Source: an uncultured delta proteobacterium
Lineage (GTDB): Bacteria > Myxococcota_A > UBA9160 > SZUA-336
Length of the DNA: 64,000 bases
Direction: 5' to 3'
Assembly: GCA_963707945.1 (NCBI GenBank)
Contig: CAVPRM010000002.1
Location: 2,492,340 to 2,556,339, forward strand
In this document: positions 1-9,727 of the stretch, piece by piece
Layout of the letters: the number at the start of each line of letters is the position of its first letter
Position numbering within the stretch: position 1 is the first letter of the stretch
Position numbers and translations under genes: made by a program
The notes under the pieces: generated by a model
The model's input: the letters and a program-made list of their open reading frames with translations, nothing else
What the model was told of the DNA's origin: nothing
Databases searched by the model: none

Positions 1-463
1 TGAGCGCGAGGAGCTTCCGCGCGAGGCGCATCGGGATCGTGAGCGAGAGCTCCTCTTCCACCCGCTGCGACAGCTCGCGCAAGCTGCGCGCCAGGATCGC
101 CGCGAGCTTGATCGCCACGCGCGGGTGCGAATCCAGGAACGGCAGGAGGTCGCGGCGCTGCAGGGTGAGCAGCTCCGACGGCTCGACCGATTCCACCGTG
201 GCCGAGCGCACCTGGGCGTCGAAGAGCGCGACCTCGCCCAGGACGTCGCCGGCCTCGAGGAAGCGGAATACGACCTCCTTGGCGTCGGCCGAGGTCGAGA
301 ACACGCGCAACCGGCCGCGCAACACCGCGTACAACGCCGAGCCGGGGTCGCCCTTGCGGAACAAGACCTCGTGCGCTCGCAGGCGTTTGGTGCTGGTGAC
401 TGCGTGCAGGGCGTCGACCTCGCGCTTCGAGAGACCCTCGAAGATGCCGATCGAGCTCAGCAT
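1..463 (-). CDS. Crp/Fnr-family transcriptional regulator (cNMP-binding domain); C-terminus lies beyond the left edge
   Basis: Reverse translation from ATG (463..461): MLSSIGIFEGLSKREVDALHAVTSTKRLRAHEVLFRKGDPGSALYAVLRGRLRVFSTSADAKEVVFRFLEAGDVLGEVALFDAQVRSATVESVEPSELLTLQRRDLLPFLDSHPRVAIKLAAILARSLRELSQRVEE... This is a typical cNMP-binding beta-roll. It is absent from the ORF track because it has no stop in the window. Confidence 0.85.
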   Translation of the reverse strand, partial: MLSSIGIFEGLSKREVDALHAVTSTKRLRAHEVLFRKGDPGSALYAVLRGRLRVFSTSADAKEVVFRFLEAGDVLGEVALFDAQVRSATVESVEPSELLTLQRRDLLPFLDSHPRVAIKLAAILARSLRELSQRVEEELSLTIPMRLARKLLAL

Positions 464-531
464 TGTGCGGCCGTCGAGCGAACGCGGGAGTGTCACGGGG
501 AGTGCGCTCATGCCGAGAAGATGCCCTGCTC

Positions 532-547
532 TGTGAATCATTTCACA
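532..547. promoter_or_regulatory. CRP/FNR-type palindromic operator TGTGA-N6-TCACA
   Basis: Sequence tgtgaatcatttcaca is a perfect match to both half-sites of TGTGAnnnnnnTCACA. It lies about 70-85 nt upstream of the divergently read Crp-family gene start at 463. Confidence 0.45.
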
Positions 548-789
548 GCGGCTGCCAGGGATGATTCGCACTTTCCTGGCATGCAGCGAGCAGCGGCCCC
601 ACAGGAGCTCCGAAGCGGCCAACGCGGAGGTTGTCGCCGCGCCGTGAGCCTGACGGGCGCCGGATCCCCCGACCGTCGCTGTCTCTCCCAAACCCGGTCG
701 AGATTCCCCTCCCGGCCGGTTCGCCCAGCTTCGTGGCTCCCTCCGCGCGGCTAGGCATCGGAGACAGCGACCTCGGGGGATCTACCTCG

Positions 790-828
790 CCCTCGATCCC
801 CTAGAATTCCCTCCCTGGGGGATCGAGG
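790..828. repeat. Perfect 12-bp inverted repeat (ccctcgatcccc / ggggatcgaggg) with 15-nt loop, abutting the start of the 831 gene
   Basis: Read directly: ccctcgatcccc-tagaattccctccct-ggggatcgaggg. The 3' arm overlaps the purine-rich putative RBS of the ORF starting at 831. Confidence 0.5.
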
Positions 829-830
829 GA

Positions 831-1475
831 GTGAGGAAGCGTCACCGGGCCGTCGCTGGCCTTTCGATTCTTGGCGGGTTGTTCGCCTGCGCGCCGACCG
901 CCAAGATCAGCGCGAGCCCGAACGCCGTCTGCGCCGGGCGCGCGGTCCGGCTGTCGTGGGAGGGAAGTGCCGCGGGCGAGCTCACCTCCGAGCCTGCGAG
1001 CACTGATAGCTCGGGGCTCGGCGACGTCCCGGCCAGCGGCAGCAAGACGGTGCATCCGCGCACGACGACGACCTACCGCTTCGAAGTCGGCTCCGTCCTC
1101 GCAAGACGCGCGGTCGCCACCGAGGTGCGCGTCCTCGAGGTCCCGAAGGAGCCGGTTCGCGTCGCGCCCAGCGCGAGCGAGGAGGACGGCGTCGCCTGTC
1201 TGGGCGATCGCATCCGCGCGACCGCGCACGTCGCCGCCGACGCGTGGGACAAGCGCCTGCGCGTCGACCTGGTCTCGTCGGGCGATGGGCGCACCTACAA
1301 GGTGGTGCACCAGGTCGCGCGCGCCGACGTGGGCCCGGAGGCCTCGGCCGAGTTCCGCGATCTTCCGCTCGCAGGCGCGTGGCAGCTCGAGACCGCGCTG
1401 CGCCCCGGCGAGGACTGCGGCGCCCTGGCGCCGGACTCGCTGGCGATCCGGGTCAGCCTGATCTGCGCCGAGTAG
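831..1475 (+). CDS. Hypothetical lipoprotein
   Basis: ORF track 831..1475. N-terminus MRKRHRAVAGLSILGGLFAC has a positive n-region, a hydrophobic core and a lipobox-like LFAC. GC3-rich codons. No recognisable domain. Confidence 0.6.
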   Translation: MRKRHRAVAGLSILGGLFACAPTAKISASPNAVCAGRAVRLSWEGSAAGELTSEPASTDSSGLGDVPASGSKTVHPRTTTTYRFEVGSVLARRAVATEVRVLEVPKEPVRVAPSASEEDGVACLGDRIRATAHVAADAWDKRLRVDLVSSGDGRTYKVVHQVARADVGPEASAEFRDLPLAGAWQLETALRPGEDCGALAPDSLAIRVSLICAE

Positions 1476-1551
1476 GCGGCGGCTGTATCCTCTCGGGCCG
1501 TGGACCCGCTGTCCGACGTCCTGCGCGGCCTGCAGCTCTCCGGGCGCGCTG

Positions 1552-2514
1552 ATGTTTCGCGCGGAGCTCAACGCGCCGTGGTGCTACGAGGTGCCGGACA
1601 CCGACGAGATGCTGCCGCTCGTCTGCCCCGACGCGGATCGGCTGGTGCGCTTCCACGTCGTGGTGGCGGGCCGCTGCTTCGTGAAGGTCGGCGACCAGAC
1701 CCTGTGGCTGCGCGCACGCGACGTCATCGTCTTGCCGCAGGACGACCCGCACATCCTGGGCAGCGCCGAGGACGTGCCGCCGGTGCCGGTCCTCTCCGTG
1801 CTGCCCAAGCCGGCCGAGCCCGACGGCGCGCTGCCGTGTCTGGCGAACCGCGGCGGCGAGCATGCGACCACGCTCCTGTGCGGCTTCCTCGCGTTCGACG
1901 AGCCGATCTTCGACCCGCTGATCTCGGCGCTGCCGCGCGTGCTCGTCGACAGCACCGACCCGACAGCGTCGCGCTCGTGGTTCGACGCGATGCTCGAGTA
2001 CGTGGTCCACCGCGACGGCGACGCGCCCCGCTCGGGCTGGCAGGCGATGCAGACACGGCTCGTCGAGCTCATGTTCATCGAAGTCGTGCGCCGTCACGTG
2101 GAGAATCTGCCCGAAGGCAACGCGAGCTGGCTCGACGCGCTGCGCGATCCGCAGGTCGGCCGCGCCGTCGCCGAGCTCCACGCCGATCCCGCACGCGAGT
2201 GGACGGTCGCCTCGCTCGCCAAGCGGGTCGGGCTGTCGCGTTCCGTCCTGGCCGAGCGCTTCCGCAACGCGACGGGGCTGGCGCCGATGCAGTATCTCGG
2301 CGCCTGGCGGCTCCAGCTCGCGGCCGGCTTCATGCGCCGCGGCGAGCTGTCGATCGCGGAAGCCGCGGCGCGGGTCGGCTACAAGTCCGAGCCCGCGTTC
2401 CACCGCGCCTTCAAGCGCGTGGTCGGCGAGCCGCCCGCCGCCTGGCGCGCCCGCACGGCCGCGATCGAAACCGACGCGCGGACAAGGAAGCCGGACGTCC
2501 GGGCATACCCCTAG
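1552..2514 (+). CDS. AraC-family transcriptional regulator (cupin-type sensor + HTH); conserved N-terminus sits in another frame (1500..1544)
   Basis: C-terminal AraC HTH: WTVASLAKRVGLSRSVLAERFRNATGLAPMQYLGAWRLQLAAGFM...IAEAAARVGYKSEPAFHRAFKRVVGEPP. The family-typical N-terminus MDPLSDVLRGLQLSG is encoded from GTG 1500 in the -1 frame. Removing one base near 1545 joins it to ALMFRAELNAPW. Confidence 0.8.
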   Translation: MFRAELNAPWCYEVPDTDEMLPLVCPDADRLVRFHVVVAGRCFVKVGDQTLWLRARDVIVLPQDDPHILGSAEDVPPVPVLSVLPKPAEPDGALPCLANRGGEHATTLLCGFLAFDEPIFDPLISALPRVLVDSTDPTASRSWFDAMLEYVVHRDGDAPRSGWQAMQTRLVELMFIEVVRRHVENLPEGNASWLDALRDPQVGRAVAELHADPAREWTVASLAKRVGLSRSVLAERFRNATGLAPMQYLGAWRLQLAAGFMRRGELSIAEAAARVGYKSEPAFHRAFKRVVGEPPAAWRARTAAIETDARTRKPDVRAYP

Positions 2515-2557
2515 ACGACCCGCCGCCGTACTCCTCCCCGCATAACGGGAGGAACTC

Positions 2558-3313
2558 ATGCTGATCTACGGTCTGGCCTGCTACGCGCTCTTCCTCGTTA
2601 CGTTCCTGTACGCGATCGGCTTCGTCGGGAATCTGTGGCCGATCCTGGGGCTCCACGGCGATGCGTTTCGCAGCCTCGACGCGGGCGGCCCGAGCGCGCC
2701 GCTGGGCATGGCGCTCGGAATCGACGCGGCGCTGCTCGGCCTGTTCGCGCTGCAGCACAGCGGCATGGCGCGCGCGGGCTTCAAGCGCTGGTGGACGCGC
2801 TTCGTGCCCGAGCCGATCGAGCGCAGCACGTACGTCCTGGCGAGCAGCCTCTGCCTGATCGCGCTGTTCTGGCAGTGGCGGCCGCTCGGCACGGCGGTGT
2901 TGTGGGACCTGTCGGCCGGCCCGCTCGGCGCGGCGCTGCTGGTGCTGTCGCTCGGCGGCTACCTGCTCGTGCTCCTGTCCACGTTCCAGATCAGTCACTT
3001 TGGCCTGTTCGGCCTGCGCCAGGTGTGGGACGCGTTCCGCGGCGGAGTCATGGCGGAGTCGCCGTTCAAGACGCCGCCGTTCTACCGCGCGGTGCGCCAC
3101 CCGCTGTACCTGGGCTTCCTGATCGGCTTCTGGGCGACGCCCGTCATGACGCTCGGCCACCTGGTCTTCGCGCTCGGCACGACCGGGTACATCCTGATGG
3201 CGATCCGGCTGGAGGAGCGCGACCTCGTCGCGCGCTTCGGCGACGCCTATGTGGAGTACCGCCGCGCGGTGGCGATGCTGCTGCCGTTCACTTCGCCGCT
3301 CCGGCGCGGTTAG
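2558..3313 (+). CDS. Membrane methyltransferase of the ICMT/PEMT superfamily (MddA-like)
   Basis: 251 aa and polytopic. C-terminal motif block FKTPPFYRAVRHPLYLGFLIGFWATP...RLEERDLVARFGDAYVEYRRAV is typical of isoprenylcysteine/phospholipid-type membrane methyltransferases. Confidence 0.65.
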   Translation: MLIYGLACYALFLVTFLYAIGFVGNLWPILGLHGDAFRSLDAGGPSAPLGMALGIDAALLGLFALQHSGMARAGFKRWWTRFVPEPIERSTYVLASSLCLIALFWQWRPLGTAVLWDLSAGPLGAALLVLSLGGYLLVLLSTFQISHFGLFGLRQVWDAFRGGVMAESPFKTPPFYRAVRHPLYLGFLIGFWATPVMTLGHLVFALGTTGYILMAIRLEERDLVARFGDAYVEYRRAVAMLLPFTSPLRRG

Positions 3314-3314
3314 C

Positions 3315-4682
3315 TCACGGGTTCGCGGCGCTGCAGACCTGCTCGATGTCGGGCAGGAGCGGGAAGAGCACGCGCCGGGTGACGCTCACGTCCAGGATCT
3401 CGCAGGGGCCGGCGGAGTCGATGACGCTGCACTTCGACACGCCGGCTGGCGAGAGTGCGTCGCCGACGGGGTCGGCGAGCGACGCGCGATAGGCGACGAC
3501 GTCCAGGAGGTCTACGATCCCGTCGTCGTCCACGTCGCCGCACTGACAGGCGTCGCCGATCCCGTCGGCGTCCATGTCGTCGATCCCGCCCGAGTCGGTC
3601 TGCGTCTGGTTGAAGGCGAACGGGCAGTTGTCGCGGAACGACTGGATCCCGTCGAGGTCGGAGTCGAGCGACGGGAAGCCGCCCGCCACGATCGGCCAGA
3701 ACCCGGGCGCGAGCGTGCGCAGCGTCGCCGTGCTGCCGGAGAAGCCGAGGGCCTCGCTCTGGAACGCCGACCCCGGCACGCTCGCCCAGCGCAGCAAGCT
3801 CGGCGAGACCGCGACCGGCACGGTCGTGCGGATCTGCCCGACCACGTCGAGCGGCGTGCCCGGCACCGCCGTGCCCACGCCGACGCGATTCAGTGTCGCG
3901 TCGATCGCGAACGTCGAGCCGTCGAACGTCTGCACGCCGCCGAAGTTCCGGATCCCCGCCGTGCCTGAGACCTTCAGGGGGTCGATCGCCGCACCGGCCG
4001 CGACGTCGACATTCGCGATCACGCCGTCGGCGATGTGAGCCGAGGTCACGCCGCCGGTCGCGATCGCGAGCGACACCGCCCCCACCGACCCGCCGCCGGT
4101 CAGCCCGGCGCCGGCTCCCACGTCGGTGATGTCGCCGGTCCCGAGGTCGTCGACCTCGCACGTCACCGTGAGCCCGTCGCTGGCGATCGCCCGGATCGAC
4201 TGCCCCGGCGGGCAGGTCGCCGTGACGGTGCGCTGGTACGACGCGGAGCTCAGACCGTCGAACCGAGTCGCATTGGCCGCCACGGAGCAGACGTCGGCCT
4301 GAAGCGCATACACCACCGACTGCAGCTTCTGGCGCGGCGTCAGGATCTCGGCCTCGATCTGCACCTGCAGCCAGCGGTCGGCGCCGGCGAACAGGCCGCT
4401 CCCGAACGCACCCGACGGGAAGCTCCCGTTGCCGAGAACGACGTCGTAGACGCCGTCGACCACGAGCTTGTCGAGGTGGATCTCCTGGTAGACCAGGTCC
4501 ACCGGCGAGGTCGAGGTCGGGTGGGTCCAGACGCTGAGCAGGATGTCGACCTGCCCGTTCACCGGGTTCCCCACCGAATCGACGAGGAACCCCTGGTAGT
4601 TGACGCCGAGCGGTGTCGCCGCCTCGGCCGAGAAGTCCACCGACAACGCGAGAACGACGGGGGCCAGCCACGACGGACGCAT
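3315..4682 (-). CDS. Secreted protein with thrombospondin-type-3-like Ca-binding Asp repeats and a dockerin-like CQCGD C-terminus
   Basis: Internal ATG (residue 54 of ORF 3315..4841) is preceded by GGAGGG. Signal peptide MRPSWLAPVVLALSVDFSAEA. C-terminal DSDLDGIQSFRDNCPFAFNQTQTDSGGIDDMDADGIGDACQCGDVDDDGIVDLLD. Confidence 0.65.
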   Translation of the reverse strand: MRPSWLAPVVLALSVDFSAEAATPLGVNYQGFLVDSVGNPVNGQVDILLSVWTHPTSTSPVDLVYQEIHLDKLVVDGVYDVVLGNGSFPSGAFGSGLFAGADRWLQVQIEAEILTPRQKLQSVVYALQADVCSVAANATRFDGLSSASYQRTVTATCPPGQSIRAIASDGLTVTCEVDDLGTGDITDVGAGAGLTGGGSVGAVSLAIATGGVTSAHIADGVIANVDVAAGAAIDPLKVSGTAGIRNFGGVQTFDGSTFAIDATLNRVGVGTAVPGTPLDVVGQIRTTVPVAVSPSLLRWASVPGSAFQSEALGFSGSTATLRTLAPGFWPIVAGGFPSLDSDLDGIQSFRDNCPFAFNQTQTDSGGIDDMDADGIGDACQCGDVDDDGIVDLLDVVAYRASLADPVGDALSPAGVSKCSVIDSAGPCEILDVSVTRRVLFPLLPDIEQVCSAANP

Positions 4683-4800
4683 CAGATCCCTCCGCTGGGT
4701 ACCGAAAAGTGTACGCCTCGCGGCGCGCTCCGTGCCGACAGATTTTGCATTCTCCGACCCGGGTGTATGCTGGGAAGCTGGCCATCGCAGGGAGCCCCCC

Positions 4801-6102
4801 ATGCGGATCGCCCCCCGGACCCGAGCGTTCCTCGACGCCAACCGCGTTGCGTACCGGCTCGTGCCCCACGAGCGTGCGGAGACGGCGCGCGGGGCCGCGG
4901 AAGCCGCGCACGTGCCGCTCGACCGCTTCGCGAAGGCGGTGCTCCTGAACGACGATCAGGGCTACCTGCTCGCGGTGCTGCCGGCGTCGCGCAGGCTCGC
5001 GCTCGAGCGCCTGCGCACCGAGCTGGGACGCAAGCTCGAGCTGGCGAGCGAGCGCGAGCTCGCCGCCATCTTCGGCGACTGCGACGTCGCCGCGATCCCG
5101 CCCTTCGGCGCCGCGTACGGAATCCCCACGGTCGTCGACGAGCCGCTGCTCCACCTGTCCGACGTATACTTCGAGTCGGGTCGCGCCGACTCGCTGGCTC
5201 GGCTCGCGGGCGCCGACTTCGCGGCGCTTTTCGCGGGCCGTCCGCATGGCGACTACGGCACGCCCGTCGTGCGCTGGAACACGGCGAGCGACTCGCTGCG
5301 CACGAACGAGCAACGCCAATCCCACTTCCGCGACGACCTCACCCACGTCTTCTCGCTGGCCGCGTTCGGCGCGGGTCTGCGCAGCCAGACCGAATACGAC
5401 CGCAACGGCCACACGGGGATGCTGCTCCAGAAGTCGCCGGAGCTGCGCGTGGTGCTCGAGGCCATGCGCCCGGGCACGGCGCTGGGCACGCACGTGGTGC
5501 ACGGCCCCGCGACCTTGCTCGTGCTGGAGGGCGCGCTCGACGTGGAGACCCCGAACGGGACCTTCCGCGTCGGCGAAGCCGAGATGGCGACTCTGCCGCG
5601 TGAAGAGCGCCGCGAGATCCGGTCGCCGGTCGAGAGCCTGTTCCTGCTCGCGCTTGGCCGGAACGGCGTGCGCGCCGCCGCCGAGCCCCCGTGCCGCCGC
5701 ATCCTGATCGTGGCGAACCAGACCGTCGCCGGCCGACACCTGTTCGAAGTGGTGCGCCGCCGCATCGCGGCGGGACCGTGCGAGTTCGCGGTGCTCGCGC
5801 CCGCCGTCGACGCCCGCGTGAGCTTCCGGACCCAGAGCGAGGCGCGCGAGGACCAGTACCGCCGCGTCGAGGCGGCGTGCGCGCGGCTGCGCGAGCTGGG
5901 CGCGCCGGTTCATGCGAGCCTGGGTGACCTCGACCCGCTGCGCGCGATCCAGGACCTGTTGCTGGTCGAGCCCGAGGGCTTCGACGAGATCATCCTCTCG
6001 ACCCTGCCCGCGCCGATCTCGGCGTGGCTGAAGCTCGACGTCGCGACGCGGATCGCGCGCCGGTTCGGGATCCCGGTCACGCACGTCGCGGCGGGCGAGT
6101 AG
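4801..6102 (+). CDS. Three-domain fusion: YbaK/aminoacyl-tRNA-deacylase-like + cupin + USP-like C-terminal domain
   Basis: ATG at 4801 follows GGGAG. N-terminus LDANRVAYRLVPH...AKAVLLNDDQGYLLAVLPASRRL...IPPFGAAYGIPTVVD is YbaK-like. The middle TALGTHVVHGPATLLVLEGALDVE is cupin. The C-terminus ILIVANQTVAG...FAVLAPAV...GDLDPLRAIQDLL..FDEIILSTLP is USP/HUP-like. Confidence 0.7.
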   Translation: MRIAPRTRAFLDANRVAYRLVPHERAETARGAAEAAHVPLDRFAKAVLLNDDQGYLLAVLPASRRLALERLRTELGRKLELASERELAAIFGDCDVAAIPPFGAAYGIPTVVDEPLLHLSDVYFESGRADSLARLAGADFAALFAGRPHGDYGTPVVRWNTASDSLRTNEQRQSHFRDDLTHVFSLAAFGAGLRSQTEYDRNGHTGMLLQKSPELRVVLEAMRPGTALGTHVVHGPATLLVLEGALDVETPNGTFRVGEAEMATLPREERREIRSPVESLFLLALGRNGVRAAAEPPCRRILIVANQTVAGRHLFEVVRRRIAAGPCEFAVLAPAVDARVSFRTQSEAREDQYRRVEAACARLRELGAPVHASLGDLDPLRAIQDLLLVEPEGFDEIILSTLPAPISAWLKLDVATRIARRFGIPVTHVAAGE

Positions 6103-6150
6103 CGCCTCGCAGCGCACTCCGTGGCGAGAGATTTCTGCCAGAATCGCCCG

Positions 6151-7095
6151 ATGCCCCCCGTGAAGTTCGGCGCGCACCTGGGCCAGCAGAACCTGAAGAT
6201 CGAGGAGATCCGCGCGCTCTGGCGCCGCTTCGACTCGGCCGGCCTCGACTGGATCTCGATCTGGGACCACTTCTACGAGGCCCCGCCCGCGGGCGGAACG
6301 CAGCCGCACTTCGAGGCCGTCGCGCTGCTCGGCGCGCTCGCGACCGAGACCAAGCGCGCGCAGCTCGGCTGTCTCGTGTTCTACCCGGGCTACCGCAACC
6401 CCGCCGCCCTCGCGAAGGCCGCGACCACGCTCGACCATCTCTCGGGCGGCCGCTTCAACCTGGGCCTGGGCGCGGGCTGGCACGAGTGGGAGGCGCGCGC
6501 CTACGGGTACGAGTTCCCGCCGATCGGCGTGCGCATGGAGATGCTGGACGAGGCGCTGCGGATCGCGCGCGGCCTGCTCACCCAGGAGCGCACGACGTTC
6601 GCGGGGAAGCACTTCAAGGTGGAGAGCGCGTCGTGCCTGCCCGCGCCGCTGCAGCGGCGGCTGCCGATCTGGGTCGGCGGGCTCGGCGAGAAGAAGACGC
6701 TGCGGCTGGCGGCGCGACACGCCGACGGCTGGAATGCGGCGTACGTCTCACCCGCGGAGTTCGCGCGCCTGGGCAAGGTGCTGGACGACTGGTGCGAGAA
6801 GGAGAACCGCGACCCCGCCGGGATCGCGCGCACGGTGAACCTGTCGTTCCACCTCGTGGTGGACGCGAAGGCGGCGGAGCGGGTCGAGGGCGAGCTGCGC
6901 AAGCAGTGGGGGCCGGCGGCGGAGCGGATGCTGTCGGGCGCGCTGATCGGAACGCCGGATCGCGCAGCCGAGACGCTGGCCGGATACATGCGCGCGGGGG
7001 CGCAGGGAATCAACGTGGCGCTGCGTGCACCGTGGGACCAAGAGGCGCTCGACGCCTATTTGAACGACGTGGTGCCGAAGCTGCGCGCGGTCTGA
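6151..7095 (+). CDS. LLM-class (luciferase-like) F420-dependent oxidoreductase
   Basis: MPPVKFGAHLGQQN...LDWISIWDHF...LGCLVFYPGYRNPAALAKAATTLDHLSGGRFNLGLGAGWHEWE...LPIWVGGLGEKKTLRLAARHADGWN. The ATG at 6151 is preferred over the GTG at 6121. Confidence 0.8.
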   Translation: MPPVKFGAHLGQQNLKIEEIRALWRRFDSAGLDWISIWDHFYEAPPAGGTQPHFEAVALLGALATETKRAQLGCLVFYPGYRNPAALAKAATTLDHLSGGRFNLGLGAGWHEWEARAYGYEFPPIGVRMEMLDEALRIARGLLTQERTTFAGKHFKVESASCLPAPLQRRLPIWVGGLGEKKTLRLAARHADGWNAAYVSPAEFARLGKVLDDWCEKENRDPAGIARTVNLSFHLVVDAKAAERVEGELRKQWGPAAERMLSGALIGTPDRAAETLAGYMRAGAQGINVALRAPWDQEALDAYLNDVVPKLRAV

Positions 7096-7634
7096 CGACG
7101 CGCAGCGAGAAGGACGAGCAGCGGCAGCGCCAGCAGCGCTACGCCCGGCTCGGGCAGCCTGTCGATGTCGAACTGCACCGGATCGCTCCCGTCGAGCGGC
7201 GTGAACGTGAGCACCGCCGACTCGAAGACCGCGAGCGGCGGCGGACTCGCGGTGAGCAGCGACGCTGGATACTCCTCGTCGCGGATGGCGCCGTCGAAGG
7301 CGGTTCCATCCCAGTCGAGGAGCTGCATCTCCACGACCAGCGTCGACCCGAAGGTTGCGCGCGCGAAGCCCTCGTCGAACAGGCCCTTCGCACTGTCGCG
7401 GTCATACGCGAACCCGGGGTTGAGGTCTCCGACCCGAGTCTCCCCGGTCACGCGGTTCGTGAACGACATGAAGCCGATCTCTTCGTCGTGGAGCTCCTCG
7501 ATCCGCACGTCGTAGTCTCCGGCCGACAGCTCCCAGACCACGTTGCCGTTGGGGAGCTCGTAGCCGGCCGCCGGTTGCGCGACCAGCGCGGCGAACGCGA
7601 GAGCCGGAGCGAGAGCGAAGAGCCTGGCGGTCAT
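7056..7634 (-). CDS. PEP-CTERM sorting-domain secreted protein
   Basis: ATG at 7634 follows AGGGAG. Signal peptide MTARLFALAPALAFAALVAQPAAG. C-terminus ...RLPEPGVALLALPLLVLLAARRQ has PEP, a TM helix and an Arg cluster. The 3' end overlaps the convergent LLM gene by 40 nt. Confidence 0.65.
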   Translation of the reverse strand: MTARLFALAPALAFAALVAQPAAGYELPNGNVVWELSAGDYDVRIEELHDEEIGFMSFTNRVTGETRVGDLNPGFAYDRDSAKGLFDEGFARATFGSTLVVEMQLLDWDGTAFDGAIRDEEYPASLLTASPPPLAVFESAVLTFTPLDGSDPVQFDIDRLPEPGVALLALPLLVLLAARRQTARSFGTTSFK

Positions 7635-7731
7635 TCGACTCCCTGCCGATATCGTACCTTGTGGGTGGCAGGAGTCGACGCGCGGTGGCGCGGGGCGCGA
7701 GAGAAAGGCGATCCCAGTGAGATCGCCGGGC

Positions 7732-9069
<1,338 letters not shown>

Positions 9070-9135
9070 CCATTCCCTCCGATGAAGGCAATTTCACCGG
9101 CAACACACTCCTGCGTCAAGTGCGAACTTCCGACG

Positions 9136-9543
9136 CTAGCGCGGCCTTGCCAGCTTCGAGTAGCCCTCGCGCGTCGCCAGGATGAGATGGCGCTCGGTCC
9201 CGTTCTCGCGCTCGACGTTGCCCAGCGCGTAATCGGCCGAGTTCATCATGTCGGTGAACGCGGCCGGGCGCGGATACCAGACGAGCGCGGCGTAGTCCCA
9301 GTCGCCCTCTGCGAGCGCGCCGAGCGCCACGGCACGCACGTCGCCCGCCCAGATGATGCTCGCTCCGCGCGCCTTCAACAGCTTCACCGTGTGCGCGCTG
9401 TAGCGGCGGTACGCATCCCAGCCGCTGCCGTTGCCGTCGAGCGAGCGCGCCCGGAACTTCATCAAGTTGAGCATGACGACGGGCGCGTCGGGGTCGAGGC
9501 CGGCGACGGCGTCGAGGTGAAGGAGCTCTCGCAGGGGGGTCAT
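9136..9543 (-). CDS. DUF1330 domain protein
   Basis: Internal ATG (residue 85 of ORF 9136..9795): MTPLRELLHLDAVAGLDPDAPVVMLNLMKFRA...WDYAALVWYPRPAAFTDMMNSADY. About 135 aa, the usual DUF1330 size. Confidence 0.7.
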   Translation of the reverse strand: MTPLRELLHLDAVAGLDPDAPVVMLNLMKFRARSLDGNGSGWDAYRRYSAHTVKLLKARGASIIWAGDVRAVALGALAEGDWDYAALVWYPRPAAFTDMMNSADYALGNVERENGTERHLILATREGYSKLARPR

Positions 9544-9727
9544 GGACCTGCAGGTTAGCGGGCTCGCGGCGGCGTAGCGCAGCGCACCGTCGCAACCGCT
9601 GCCGTTCCAAGCCGCGAGTAGGCAGGAGACCGGCAACTCGCGCCCTCGCATTTCCGCTCCGAGACCCGCCCGATGCCCACGGCGCGGAGATCTGCCGTTC
9701 GCTGGCGTCGCCTCGTCGGCACGAGGT

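Noticed and set aside
4745-4771. Sigma-70-like promoter TTGCAT-N15-TATGCT in the 4683..4800 divergent region
   Set aside because: The hexamers are plausible but the spacer is only 15 nt. The housekeeping-sigma consensus of this GC-rich organism is unknown, so this is not strong enough to call.
3310-6720. 1136-aa minus-strand ORF, the longest in the track
   Set aside because: The composition is Arg/Ala/Pro/Gly junk with no motifs. It runs antisense to or out of frame with three well-supported genes (secreted protein, YbaK fusion, LLM oxidoreductase). This is a typical high-GC shadow ORF. The same reasoning applies to 1453..2559, 11997..13826, 15932..17767, 21756..24251, 25051..27141, 37749..38900, 39231..40466, 44555..46033, 48144..50561, 53213..55504, 58197..59660 and similar.
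7635-7731. Sigma-54 (-24 GG / -12 GC) promoter in front of the PEP-CTERM gene
   Set aside because: The nearest candidate (ctGCCACccacaaGGtac) matches neither the TGGCAC-N5-TTGC consensus nor its spacing. Candidates at 9080-9110 and upstream of the DUF1330 gene also have the wrong spacing.
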